Below, in pieces: positions 1 to 9,987 of a stretch of DNA of 64,000 bases (position 1 is the stretch's first letter; each line of letters starts with the position of its first letter). The stretch is from Eubacteriales bacterium (lineage in GTDB: Bacteria > Bacillota > Clostridia > Oscillospirales > CAG-272): the NCBI GenBank assembly GCA_045654725.1, contig JAZONX010000030.1, positions 5,906 through 69,905 of the forward strand, read 5' to 3'. The notes under the pieces are model-generated. The model made no database searches, had not been told where the DNA came from, and worked only from the letters and a program-made list of their open reading frames with translations. The position numbers were made by a program, and so were the translations under genes.

Positions 1-3
1 TTT

Positions 4-660
4 ATGGCAATCTTTAACCTTTTACTATTTGTAATTGGTGATGCCTCCGAATTTACTGCATCGGTGTGGATCTCGTATGCATTTATTCACTTTGCATTTA
101 TAGTATCCATTGGAACACCACTTCTTACATCGGGTAAACTGGACTTTGCAAGACAGAGCAACGTATCATACATATTTACAATCGCATACTTTGTTCTTGC
201 TTTTGTTACTGGTTTGATATTCATTCTCGTAGCTCCCGATTCTGAAGGTGGAGTTACAGCAAGCTGGTTACTCCAGGTTATTTGGCTCGCTATTTTTATC
301 ATTGCATTTGTTCCTGTTCTTATGGCAAACCGACATACGAATGCCGAAGTTGCAAGACAGGGCAAGGAAGCTAGGTTTGTGCAGGACGCGGCGTCTCGCG
401 TTAAGCTTTTGAGAGATTTCGCGACTGACCCCAAGATAATTAACGAGCTTGACATATTGAGCTCTGTAATCTCGTCCTCGCCCATAAAATCGGCACCCGA
501 CGTTAAAGAGCTTGAGGCATTGCTTTCGAGTCAGATTTCCGACCTTAGAAAGGCGCTTGATGATAACGATCTTGAAAAGGCGCTGACACTTTGCCAAAAA
601 ATTACCCGCAACGTAAAAGAAAGAAATCGCGTTTTGCAGCTAGTTTCTCATACTTATTAA
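4..660 (+). CDS. hypothetical membrane protein (about 4 N-terminal TM helices, helical C-terminal domain); may be 5'-truncated by the window edge
   Basis: 218-aa ORF; hydrophobic N-half, charged helical C-half; terminator follows. Confidence 0.75.
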   Translation: MAIFNLLLFVIGDASEFTASVWISYAFIHFAFIVSIGTPLLTSGKLDFARQSNVSYIFTIAYFVLAFVTGLIFILVAPDSEGGVTASWLLQVIWLAIFIIAFVPVLMANRHTNAEVARQGKEARFVQDAASRVKLLRDFATDPKIINELDILSSVISSSPIKSAPDVKELEALLSSQISDLRKALDDNDLEKALTLCQKITRNVKERNRVLQLVSHTY

Positions 661-691
661 ATCCGTAGCGGATTTGTATATTAATAAACCC

Positions 692-721
692 AAAAGCTGT
701 TCCAGAAATGGGACAGCTTTT
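692..721 (+). terminator. rho-independent terminator
   Basis: AAAAGCTGTTCCA-GAAA-TGGGACAGCTTTT hairpin after the stop codon. Confidence 0.75.
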
Positions 722-791
722 AATATTTTACAGATATATACTTTGAGCAGAACAATCATTGCTAAAATAATATAAATAATAAAATAAAACC

Positions 792-820
792 TTGCAAAAA
801 TTGCTTAGGTATGGTATAAT
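792..820 (+). promoter_or_regulatory. sigma-A promoter of the AraC-dxs-miaB operon
   Basis: TTGCAA-17nt-TATAAT with extended TG. Confidence 0.7.
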
Positions 821-865
821 ACTATAAATAGGTATGTGACTATATAGAACGAAAGGGGTCGGAAA

Positions 866-1657
866 ATGTCAACGAATATTGGCCGAGTTGAAGAAATCAC
901 ATTCAATCGAATAAACCGAGAAAATCTATCCGATTCCTTTGGTCGTGATAATTGTAGTGACAAATATGAAATTATTTATGTGGCATCGGGTTCGGGAAAG
1001 TATAGAATCGAGGGTAGCGAATTTGCTGTTGCTCCGCGTTCGCTGATTTTGATCAAACCATTTGCTTACTATTTTGTTGAGTTTAATCAAAGTAATTTTG
1101 AGATTTACTCGCTTAAATTTTCAAAGACGGCGCTTTCCACAAAAGCAACCGATTTGCTAGAAAAAAAGTGTGAGAATAAGAGGGGGTGTTATTACTCTCC
1201 GACAATGCTCTCAGGTGCAATAATATCCGTCTTTGACAGATTTGAGATTGCAGAAACGCTGGATAAAGAATCGGCAGAAGAATTTAAGAGGGCGTTGTTA
1301 TCCGAGATTATCATTCTTCTTTCAGCGGTAAACGGCGAAGAAATGTCAACCGTTGAGGGCGAACTTGGCGCCAGGGTAGCAGAGTATCTTAATCGAAACA
1401 TCGAGAGAGATCTTAGTCTTGATAGGCTAGCTAAACGCTTTTTTGTAAGTAAATATCATCTTTGTCGTGCGTTTAAAATATATACAGGCATATCGGTGCA
1501 TTCATATATAAACCACAAGCGCATTATGTATGCGAAGCAGCTTATTGAATCGGGGATGACCGCATCCGGCGCGGCAGAAAGAGTCGGTTTTGGAGACTAT
1601 TCCGCATTCTATCGTGCCTATGTAAAGATCGTAGGGAAATCACCCACATCAAATTGA
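866..1657 (+). CDS. AraC family transcriptional regulator
   Basis: N-terminal cupin-like region (YEIIYVASGSG); C-terminal double HTH (LAKRFFVSKYHLCRAFK...VGFGDYSAFYRAY). Confidence 0.92.
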   Translation: MSTNIGRVEEITFNRINRENLSDSFGRDNCSDKYEIIYVASGSGKYRIEGSEFAVAPRSLILIKPFAYYFVEFNQSNFEIYSLKFSKTALSTKATDLLEKKCENKRGCYYSPTMLSGAIISVFDRFEIAETLDKESAEEFKRALLSEIIILLSAVNGEEMSTVEGELGARVAEYLNRNIERDLSLDRLAKRFFVSKYHLCRAFKIYTGISVHSYINHKRIMYAKQLIESGMTASGAAERVGFGDYSAFYRAYVKIVGKSPTSN

Positions 1658-1677
1658 TTTAGAGAAAGGGTTTTTGT

Positions 1678-3537
1678 ATGAAATATTCAATCCTTGAGAG
1701 AATAAATTCTCCTACAGACCTAAAACAACTAAATAAGTCTGAGATAGAGGCTCTTTGTAAAGAGATCAGAGATTTTTTGATTGAAAAAACAGAGAAATGC
1801 GGAGGACATTTGGCATCTAACCTTGGTGCAGTTGAGTTGACTCTTGCTATTCACACTGTTTTTGATTCGCCCAATGACCATATAATCTTTGATGTGGGCC
1901 ACCAATCCTACGTACACAAACTTATTACAGGTAGAAGAGATCTTTTCGATGCGCTTCGTACACCCGGCGGTTTGTCCGGATTTACAAAGATGAGTGAGAG
2001 CACACACGATTCATTTGGCGCAGGTCACTCCTCCACATCTATTTCAGCCGCCCTCGGCTATGCTGAGGCCGATGCGCTTTCCGGGAAGAAAACCTATACT
2101 ATCTGTGTGACAGGGGACGGAGCCTTTACCGGAGGAATGATCCATGAGGCGTTGAACAATTGCAGAGCCGAGCTTCCCATGGTAATTATTCTTAACGAGA
2201 ACGGAATGTCAATTTCCTCTAATAAGGGTGCGTTTGCATCATATCTTTCGAAGGTTAGAGTGTCGGGAGGCTACCGCAGACTTAAGCGAGGTACTCAAAA
2301 TGTACTTGATCGCTTGCCTCTTATCGGCAAACCTATCGCAGGATTATTCTCTTTTGTGAAAAAAACGGTAAAGAAGATCGTTTACAGACCCAATTATTTT
2401 GAGGAGCTTGGTCTTTACTATATTGGCCCGATTGATGGCAATGACTATGATAGAGTTTGCAAAGCACTTGCAGATGCAAAGGCAGTCGGTAAAACCTGTG
2501 TTGTTCATCTAAAGACTGTCAAGGGCAAGGGCTACGCACCTGCTGAAAGCTCGCCCGATAATTATCATAGTGTTGTGAAGACGCATAGCAGCAATAATTT
2601 CCATTCTGTTTTTGCGGATAAGCTTATAGAGCTTGCGAAGGAGGATGAAAAACTTCTTGCTGTAACTGCGGCTATGGGAATTGGCACGGGACTTGATACT
2701 TTTGGAAAGCAGTTCCCGAACAGATATTTTGATGTAGGAATTGCAGAGGCGCATGCGCTTACATTTTCCGCAGGTCTTGCCGCGGGTGGATATAATCCAT
2801 TCATTGCTATATACTCCACCTTCCTTCAGCGTGGATATGATAACCTTCTGCACGACGTAGCTTTGCAAAACCTTCCCGTAAAGTTGATGATTGACAGAGC
2901 GGGTCTGGCTGTCGGAGATGGAGCAACACATCATGGAATATTTGATGTTTCCTTCATTTCTCACATTCCCGAGATGACATTACTTGCTCCTGCGAGTTAC
3001 GAGTCGCTAAAGCTTATGACCGAGTATTCAGCAAAGCTTAATGCGCCCTGCGCGATAAGATATCCAAATGCGGCAGAGAAGAGCACTAGCATCAATAGAC
3101 TTCACCCGATTTCAGAAGATTGTACGGCAAGGGTCTTTGCTGATTTTACCACAGACTCGATACCAGAAAATGTTTTTATTACATATGGAAATCTCGTCGA
3201 GAGGGTATTTTGCGCGTCTGATATTTTGAAAGCTGAGGGTAAGAGTGTTGGAGTAATTCTTGTAGAAACTATCAAGCCCTACGATAAATGCGCAAAAATT
3301 ATTTATAATCTTATTTCCTCTGCAAAGCGTGTTGTATACGCCGAGGAGGGCATAATGAACGGTGGTGCTGCAGAAATAACATACCGTGAGCTTTTAGACC
3401 TTGGATTCGATAACTCGAAAACAGAGTATAAAATTGCAGCGATCGACGATTGTTTTGCATCACCGGACAAGCCCGGCGATCTATATGATTATCTCGGACT
3501 CTCGCCGGAAAAACTTGCAGAATTAATGAAAAAATAA
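1678..3537 (+). CDS. dxs: 1-deoxy-D-xylulose-5-phosphate synthase
   Basis: GGHLASNLG, DVGHQ, GHSSTSIS, TPP-binding GDGA...N, DVGIAE, DGATHHG. Confidence 0.97.
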   Translation: MKYSILERINSPTDLKQLNKSEIEALCKEIRDFLIEKTEKCGGHLASNLGAVELTLAIHTVFDSPNDHIIFDVGHQSYVHKLITGRRDLFDALRTPGGLSGFTKMSESTHDSFGAGHSSTSISAALGYAEADALSGKKTYTICVTGDGAFTGGMIHEALNNCRAELPMVIILNENGMSISSNKGAFASYLSKVRVSGGYRRLKRGTQNVLDRLPLIGKPIAGLFSFVKKTVKKIVYRPNYFEELGLYYIGPIDGNDYDRVCKALADAKAVGKTCVVHLKTVKGKGYAPAESSPDNYHSVVKTHSSNNFHSVFADKLIELAKEDEKLLAVTAAMGIGTGLDTFGKQFPNRYFDVGIAEAHALTFSAGLAAGGYNPFIAIYSTFLQRGYDNLLHDVALQNLPVKLMIDRAGLAVGDGATHHGIFDVSFISHIPEMTLLAPASYESLKLMTEYSAKLNAPCAIRYPNAAEKSTSINRLHPISEDCTARVFADFTTDSIPENVFITYGNLVERVFCASDILKAEGKSVGVILVETIKPYDKCAKIIYNLISSAKRVVYAEEGIMNGGAAEITYRELLDLGFDNSKTEYKIAAIDDCFASPDKPGDLYDYLGLSPEKLAELMKK

Positions 3538-3555
3538 AGCAGAAAGGGAGATAGT

Positions 3556-4950
3556 ATGATTTATAATATTAACGATACAGAAGTGAATAAATTTATCTCC
3601 CTTGTTAAAACGATCAATGAGGGGACGCCACGTTATGCGCACATTATCACCTTTGGCTGTCAACAGAATGAACGTGATAGCGAGAGGATTATGGGACTTT
3701 GCGTTGCTATGGGGTATTTGCCTTGTGATAATCCCGAAAATGCTGATTTAATTATTCTGAACACCTGTGCGATAAGAGAACATGCCGAGGTTAAGGCTCT
3801 TTCGCTTTTGGGAAGATTTAAAGCTTTGAAAAAGAGAAATCCCGATTTGCTTGTCGGTGTAGTTGGTTGTATGGCTGCGGAGCCCCATAGGGCGGATATG
3901 CTAAAAAAGGATTTTCACTACGTGACCTTTACTGCAGAGCCGAATATGATACATCTCATTCCCGAACTTATTGCCAAAAAACTTGTTGATAGAAAGAGAT
4001 CTTTTGTGTTTGGCGAGGATAAAGGAGACATTTATGAGGACATCCCCTCTGTTAGGCGCGAGGGACATCGAGCATACGTCGCCATAATGTATGGCTGCAA
4101 TAACTTCTGCTCATACTGTATTGTTCCTTATGTAAGAGGAAGAGAGCGCAGCCGAGCCACATCCGATATTATTACCGAGTGTCGTGAGCTTGTCGCAAAT
4201 GGAGTTAAGGAGATAACTCTGCTCGGACAGAACGTGAACTCCTATAAATCAGATATATCTTTCCCGCAGCTTCTTTCGAGTATTGCCGAAATCGAAGGCG
4301 ATTTCATCATCAGATTTATGACGAGTCATCCCAAGGATACCTCGGATGAGCTTATTTCGGTTATTGCGAAATATACTCCCAAGATTGCTCCGTTTTTCCA
4401 CCTTCCGCTTCAGTCAGGTAGTGATAAAGTTCTTCGCACGATGAATCGCACCTATACAAGGGAGCAGTATCTTAAAACCGTCGAGAGCCTTAAGGAGCGT
4501 GTTCCCGGAATAGCCCTTTCAACCGATGTAATTATCGGTTTCCCCGGTGAGAGCGAGGAGGATTTTGAGAACACGATGGACGTTTTGCAAAAGGTAAGAT
4601 TTGATAACGTCTACGCCTTCCTATTTTCAAAGCGAGAGGGAACTCGTGCCGCAAAAATGGACGGTGAGGTTGATAGAGGAATAAAGGATCGCCGAATGGC
4701 AATTCTATTAGAGTATCAAGATAACGCATCACTTGAAATAAACAAGAGCTACGAAAACACCATTCACCGTGTGCTTGTTGATTCCTATGAGGAAAAAGAA
4801 GACAAAAAGGTCTTCTCTAGCAGAACGCTTACCAACAAGCTTGTGTATTTTGAATCGAATGAATGTGTTAAGGGTAAATTCGTAAACGTGAAAATAACCA
4901 AGGCTTGCCCCTATCATCTCTTGGGGCAGCTTGAAAGTGAGGATAAATAA
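3556..4950 (+). CDS. miaB: tRNA-i6A37 methylthiotransferase
   Basis: UPF0004 Cys motifs (TFGCQQN, NTCAIRE, GCMA), radical SAM CNNFCSYC, C-terminal TRAM. Confidence 0.95.
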   Translation: MIYNINDTEVNKFISLVKTINEGTPRYAHIITFGCQQNERDSERIMGLCVAMGYLPCDNPENADLIILNTCAIREHAEVKALSLLGRFKALKKRNPDLLVGVVGCMAAEPHRADMLKKDFHYVTFTAEPNMIHLIPELIAKKLVDRKRSFVFGEDKGDIYEDIPSVRREGHRAYVAIMYGCNNFCSYCIVPYVRGRERSRATSDIITECRELVANGVKEITLLGQNVNSYKSDISFPQLLSSIAEIEGDFIIRFMTSHPKDTSDELISVIAKYTPKIAPFFHLPLQSGSDKVLRTMNRTYTREQYLKTVESLKERVPGIALSTDVIIGFPGESEEDFENTMDVLQKVRFDNVYAFLFSKREGTRAAKMDGEVDRGIKDRRMAILLEYQDNASLEINKSYENTIHRVLVDSYEEKEDKKVFSSRTLTNKLVYFESNECVKGKFVNVKITKACPYHLLGQLESEDK

Positions 4951-5346
4951 ATGACAAAAATTATTGAGCTTGCACACGCTCTTGGTCTTGAAATTGCCAA
5001 AAGCGATGAAATAAAAAATCTTGAAGAGAGTAAGGCGGCGTTTCAATCTGATGCCGAGCTTCAAAACAAAATGAATGAATATGAGGCAGAGCGACTTCTT
5101 CTTGGTCAGGAGTTTGCAAAAGACCCTTCCGAAGCCGATCAGCGCGCTATCGCAGACATAAGAGCGAGAATAGAGGAGCTTTCTTCCGAAATAGGATCTC
5201 ACCCGAATTATATTAAGTTCGCTGAAGCACAGAGAGCTATGAACGCTCTTATGGCAGAGGTAAATGCAGAGATAAAGTATTGTATAACAGGCGAGCGTCC
5301 CTCCGAGTGTACTCATGATTGCTCTTCATGTAAGGGATGCCATTAA
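4951..5346 (+). CDS. YlbF/YmcA (RicA/RicF-like) family protein with Cys-rich tail
   Basis: Helical protein between miaB and mutS; ends CTHDCSSCKGCH. Confidence 0.85.
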   Translation: MTKIIELAHALGLEIAKSDEIKNLEESKAAFQSDAELQNKMNEYEAERLLLGQEFAKDPSEADQRAIADIRARIEELSSEIGSHPNYIKFAEAQRAMNALMAEVNAEIKYCITGERPSECTHDCSSCKGCH

Positions 5347-5374
5347 AATTCATTAAACAAGAGGTATTTGCCTT

Positions 5375-8005
5375 ATGGCAGACTATATTATTTTAGAGAA
5401 AAGAAGCGAGCTTAACTTTGTTACTCCTATGATGAAGCAATACCTTGAGGTTAAGGCGGAGTATGAGGATCATATCCTTATGTACCGCCTGGGCGACTTC
5501 TATGAGTGTTTCTTTGAGGATGCCGTTATAGCCTCTCGTGAGCTTGAACTCACTCTCACCAGCCGTGATTGCGGAGAGGGGAAAAGAGCTGCAATGTGTG
5601 GCGTACCTTTCCACAAGGCAGATGTCTACGTTGGTAGATTGGTCGAAAGGGGAATAAAGGTGGCAATATGCGAGCAGGTCAGCGATCCTAAAGAATCTGT
5701 TGGGCTTGTAAAGCGTGAGGTAACAAGAGTTGTTACTCCCGGAACTGTTACCGATGGCGCACTGCTTCCCGACGGAAAGAACAACTTCCTTATGGCTATA
5801 TATTATTCACAGGGTGTTGCAGCCGTTGCGGCTGCCGATGTTTCCACGGGAGAGATTTCCGCTACATTCCTTAGTGGAAAGGACGTTCTTTCGCTCATTC
5901 GTAACGAGATTGGAGCATATCAGCCCTCCGAAATCATTCTTAGTTGCAAGCGCGAAGAGCTTTCCGGAATTGCCGATTTTGCGGTAGAGAGATTTTCGAC
6001 ACTAATAACAGATAAAGCAGGCCGTCTTTTCGCATACGAGCGCGCAAAGGAGCTTACACGCCGTCATTTTGGTGAAGAAAGTTCGAAGCTCAATGAATCC
6101 GAGCTTATAATGGCATCGGGTGCGCTTCTTTCCTATATTGAAGAAACACAAAAGACTGACGTTGCATTCACACGTGGAATTAACGTCTATGCGAGAGGTC
6201 AATATCTTGACCTTGATTTAAATACAATAAGAAACCTTGAACTTGTCGAGGCAATGCGAATCAAGGGCAAGCGAGGTTCTCTCCTTTGGGTTCTTGATAA
6301 AACCAAGACTGCAATGGGCGCAAGACTTCTTAATTCATGGGTTCTTCGTCCTCTTATCGACCCTGTGAGAATTTCTCACCGTCAGGGCGCTGTACGAGAT
6401 ATGTTTCGTGACCTCAGATGCCGCGATGCACTTGGTGAGCTTCTTGCCAATATTAGAGATATTGAGCGTCTTACTGCGAAGGCGGTATATGGTACCGCTA
6501 ATGCGCGTGATATTAAGGCTATTGGCGATAGCATAAGATGTCTGCCTGAAATTAAGTCCTTAATCTCGCAATTATCCTCTCCTTCGCTCAAGAAAATTAC
6601 AAAAAATCTTGATACACTTGACGATATTTGCGAGCTTATCGGTGATGCGATTTGCGATAATCCCCCCCTTACGATTCGAGAGGGTGGTATGATCAGAGAC
6701 GGCTTTAACGCTGACGTTGATTATTATCGTTCGATTAAAAACGGTGGCCAGGATATTATGGCATCGATAGAGCAACGTGAGAAGGAAGCCACCGGCATTA
6801 AGACTCTCAAGGTCGCCTATAACAAGGTATTTGGATATTATATTGAGGTTTCGAAATCCTTTATCGACCAGGTTCCCGATAGATTTGTTAGAAAGCAAAC
6901 ACTTGCAAACTGTGAGAGATACATAACTCAAGAGCTGAAGGAAATGGAGAGTACTATTTTTAGTGCTGATGAGAAGCTTGTTTCTATGGAATATCAGATA
7001 TTCTCCAGTCTGCTTGCCTTCGTTTCCGAAAATAGAGATCGTATCCGTAAGAGTGCTTCTCTCATTGCCGAAATTGACGTTTACCGCTCTCTTGCAGAGG
7101 TCGCTGCAAAGAATAATTACGTTTGTCCTGAGGTTGATATTTCTACCGAAATCAGTATAAAGGATGGACGTCATCCTGTGGTAGAAAAGTTCGTCAAGGA
7201 TTCATATTTTGTTCCTAACGACACCACTCTCGATACCTCAAAGAATAAGATTATGATAATTACAGGCCCTAATATGGCCGGTAAATCAACATATATGCGT
7301 CAGGTTGCAATCATCACTATTATGGCGCAGATAGGCTCTTTCGTTCCTGCAAGAGAGGCGAAGGTTGGTATTGTTGATAAGGTATTTACTCGAGTTGGCG
7401 CATCCGACGATCTTGCATCAGGACAGTCCACATTTATGCTTGAGATGAACGAGGTTGCCTCTATTTTGAAGAACGCGACAAGCCGTTCGCTTATCATTTA
7501 TGATGAGGTGGGCAGAGGAACCAGCACATACGACGGTATGTCTATAGCACGAGCTGTTGTGGAGTACACACATTCCAAGAAGATAGGTGCAAAGACGCTC
7601 TTTGCCACCCACTATCATGAGCTTACCGATATGGAGAATGAGTTCGACGGAATTGTTAACTATAACATTGCTGCGAAAAAGCGCGGAGATTCTATCACAT
7701 TCCTTCGCAAGATTGTTCGTGGAGGTACGGATGATTCATATGGAATTGAGGTTGCAAAGCTTGCGGGAGTGCCCGGTGAGGTTGTAAAGCGCGCTAAGGA
7801 AATTCTTGCCGAAATCGAGTTGGATAAGCCTCGCGTGGTTGTAGAAAAGAATGTTGAGGCAGGCGGATTTGATCTATTCAGCGGAATAACCGCATCGGTT
7901 GAGAGCGAGGCTTGTGATAAAATCCGCAGCGTTGACATTAACACTCTTACTCCAATTGAGTCCATGAATCTGCTCTTTGAGCTTAAGAAAATGCTTTCCG
8001 AATAA
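5375..8005 (+). CDS. mutS: DNA mismatch repair protein MutS
   Basis: TPMMKQY, GDFYE, GPNMAGKSTYMRQ, DEVGRGTST, FATHYHEL. Confidence 0.98.
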   Translation: MADYIILEKRSELNFVTPMMKQYLEVKAEYEDHILMYRLGDFYECFFEDAVIASRELELTLTSRDCGEGKRAAMCGVPFHKADVYVGRLVERGIKVAICEQVSDPKESVGLVKREVTRVVTPGTVTDGALLPDGKNNFLMAIYYSQGVAAVAAADVSTGEISATFLSGKDVLSLIRNEIGAYQPSEIILSCKREELSGIADFAVERFSTLITDKAGRLFAYERAKELTRRHFGEESSKLNESELIMASGALLSYIEETQKTDVAFTRGINVYARGQYLDLDLNTIRNLELVEAMRIKGKRGSLLWVLDKTKTAMGARLLNSWVLRPLIDPVRISHRQGAVRDMFRDLRCRDALGELLANIRDIERLTAKAVYGTANARDIKAIGDSIRCLPEIKSLISQLSSPSLKKITKNLDTLDDICELIGDAICDNPPLTIREGGMIRDGFNADVDYYRSIKNGGQDIMASIEQREKEATGIKTLKVAYNKVFGYYIEVSKSFIDQVPDRFVRKQTLANCERYITQELKEMESTIFSADEKLVSMEYQIFSSLLAFVSENRDRIRKSASLIAEIDVYRSLAEVAAKNNYVCPEVDISTEISIKDGRHPVVEKFVKDSYFVPNDTTLDTSKNKIMIITGPNMAGKSTYMRQVAIITIMAQIGSFVPAREAKVGIVDKVFTRVGASDDLASGQSTFMLEMNEVASILKNATSRSLIIYDEVGRGTSTYDGMSIARAVVEYTHSKKIGAKTLFATHYHELTDMENEFDGIVNYNIAAKKRGDSITFLRKIVRGGTDDSYGIEVAKLAGVPGEVVKRAKEILAEIELDKPRVVVEKNVEAGGFDLFSGITASVESEACDKIRSVDINTLTPIESMNLLFELKKMLSE

Positions 8006-8026
8006 TCCTCGGAAAGGGAGATAATT

Positions 8027-9967
8027 ATGGGAAAAATTAACGTACTTGATTTTGAAATAGCTAACCTTATTGCTGCAGGCGAGGTAGTAGAGCGCCCTTC
8101 GTCCGTGCTTAAGGAGCTTATCGAAAATTCAATAGATTCGGGCGCGACCTCAATTACTGCTGAGATTAAGAGGGGCGGAGTTGCGCTCATCAGCGTTTCG
8201 GACAACGGATGCGGCATGGATAAGGAAGATTTGCCCGTTGCCATTAAGCGCCACGCAACAAGTAAAATTAAAAAGCGTCAGGACCTTGAGGAAATTGCTA
8301 CCCTTGGCTTCCGCGGTGAGGCTCTTGCTGCTATTTCTTCGGTTAGCGCCGTTACAATAATAACAAAAACAGCAGACGCGGAGCAGGGCTCGATGCTTGT
8401 AAGCGAAGGCGGAAGGATTCTCGACATTTCGGAGGTTGGTTGTGCTAACGGAACCACTGTTGTTGTAGAAAACCTTTTCTTCAATGTTCCCGCAAGACGC
8501 AAGTTCCTTAAGAAGGATTCTACTGAGGCGATGAATTGCTCAGCGCTTCTTGAGAAGGTTGCACTTTCTCGTCCGGACATATCCATCCAGCTGAAGGTTG
8601 ACGGTGAGGAACGCTTCAAGACTCCGGGTGACGGAGATTTACTTAATACAATCTACGCTGTCTATGGCAAGGAGTTTTCCTCGAAGCTTATTAAAGCCGA
8701 TGGAACTGCGAACGGAATTCACGTTCACGGCTATATTGGAAGAAGCGATAACGTAAGAAAAAACAGAAACTACCAGAATGTATTCATTAATGGCAGATAT
8801 GTCAAGAGTCTTACAGCTATGGCGGCTATCGAGAAGGCATATACGTCTTATATCGCGCACGAGGCATTTCCTACCTGCGTACTGTTCCTTGATATGAATC
8901 CAACGATGGTGGATGTAAATGTTCACCCCGCCAAGCTCGAGGTTAAATTTGCATCAGAGCAGCCTGTTTTCGAGGCGGTTTATTATACTGTAAAGCGTGC
9001 TATTGAGGAGCACGAATACCGTCCTGAAATGTCATTTGGTAATAAGGATAAGGGCGAAAAAAATCCCCTGGGAGCATTCGTTCCGATTGGAGAGGATACG
9101 AAGGGGAAGCAGATATCTTTCACACCTACTACAAACGGTAATCTAAAGCCTAACGTATATCCGGAAACCCTTAAAGTTCCTGAATACGTGAAACCTATGA
9201 AGGTTTCCAGCTCGGCAGGAGAGAATTTCTCTGTAAAAGATACTCCCAAACAGCAAATGACACCAAAGGGTTCTGTTGAGCTTCTTGAAAGATATTCAAA
9301 GGCATCGATTGACGATAGAATTGTGGAAAGGGAGGTCGTTGCCCCCAAAGCAAGCCCTTCCATAGAAATTATCACCGAAGCTCTCGATTATAAATACATC
9401 GGCGAGGCATTTAACTGTTATCTTCTTGTGGAATATGAAGGAGCAATGCTTGTGATAGATAAGCATGCGGCTCACGAGAGAGTGATTTTTGAGGATCTCA
9501 AGAAGATTACCGAGAGAGATGGCAGAGTGGCGTCACAATCTCTCCTGCTTCCTATAACGGTTATTCTTACTCCTGACGAGTGTGCCTGCGCGGGTGAGTA
9601 CAAAGACGAGCTTTCCGCCGTCGGTTTTGAGTTTGACGTTGCAGATGGATATGCAAATCTTGTTGCAATCCCTTCGTCTATCGGTAGCATGGAAGCGGAG
9701 TCGCTTTTTGTTAAGATGGTGGATGATATTATCGAAGGAAAGGGAAATCCTGAGATTACGGAAAAGATACGTCGCGAGCAGGCACTTTATCAAATAGCTT
9801 GTAAAGCGGCAATAAAGGGTGGCAGAATCTATGATCGATCGGTTTCCGAGTGGATAATCAAGAAGGTTTTGGAGCTTCCCGATATTATTGTCTGTCCTCA
9901 CGGCAGACCCATCGCTTATAAATTGACGAAGAGTGAACTCGACCGTCAGTTTGAGCGAATCAAGTAA
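8027..9967 (+). CDS. mutL: DNA mismatch repair endonuclease MutL
   Basis: IAAGEVVERP, GFRGEAL, DVNVHP, endonuclease motifs DKHAAHER, ACK, CPHGRP. Confidence 0.98.
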   Translation: MGKINVLDFEIANLIAAGEVVERPSSVLKELIENSIDSGATSITAEIKRGGVALISVSDNGCGMDKEDLPVAIKRHATSKIKKRQDLEEIATLGFRGEALAAISSVSAVTIITKTADAEQGSMLVSEGGRILDISEVGCANGTTVVVENLFFNVPARRKFLKKDSTEAMNCSALLEKVALSRPDISIQLKVDGEERFKTPGDGDLLNTIYAVYGKEFSSKLIKADGTANGIHVHGYIGRSDNVRKNRNYQNVFINGRYVKSLTAMAAIEKAYTSYIAHEAFPTCVLFLDMNPTMVDVNVHPAKLEVKFASEQPVFEAVYYTVKRAIEEHEYRPEMSFGNKDKGEKNPLGAFVPIGEDTKGKQISFTPTTNGNLKPNVYPETLKVPEYVKPMKVSSSAGENFSVKDTPKQQMTPKGSVELLERYSKASIDDRIVEREVVAPKASPSIEIITEALDYKYIGEAFNCYLLVEYEGAMLVIDKHAAHERVIFEDLKKITERDGRVASQSLLLPITVILTPDECACAGEYKDELSAVGFEFDVADGYANLVAIPSSIGSMEAESLFVKMVDDIIEGKGNPEITEKIRREQALYQIACKAAIKGGRIYDRSVSEWIIKKVLELPDIIVCPHGRPIAYKLTKSELDRQFERIK

Positions 9968-9987
9968 GATTTTGAAAGGCAATATAA

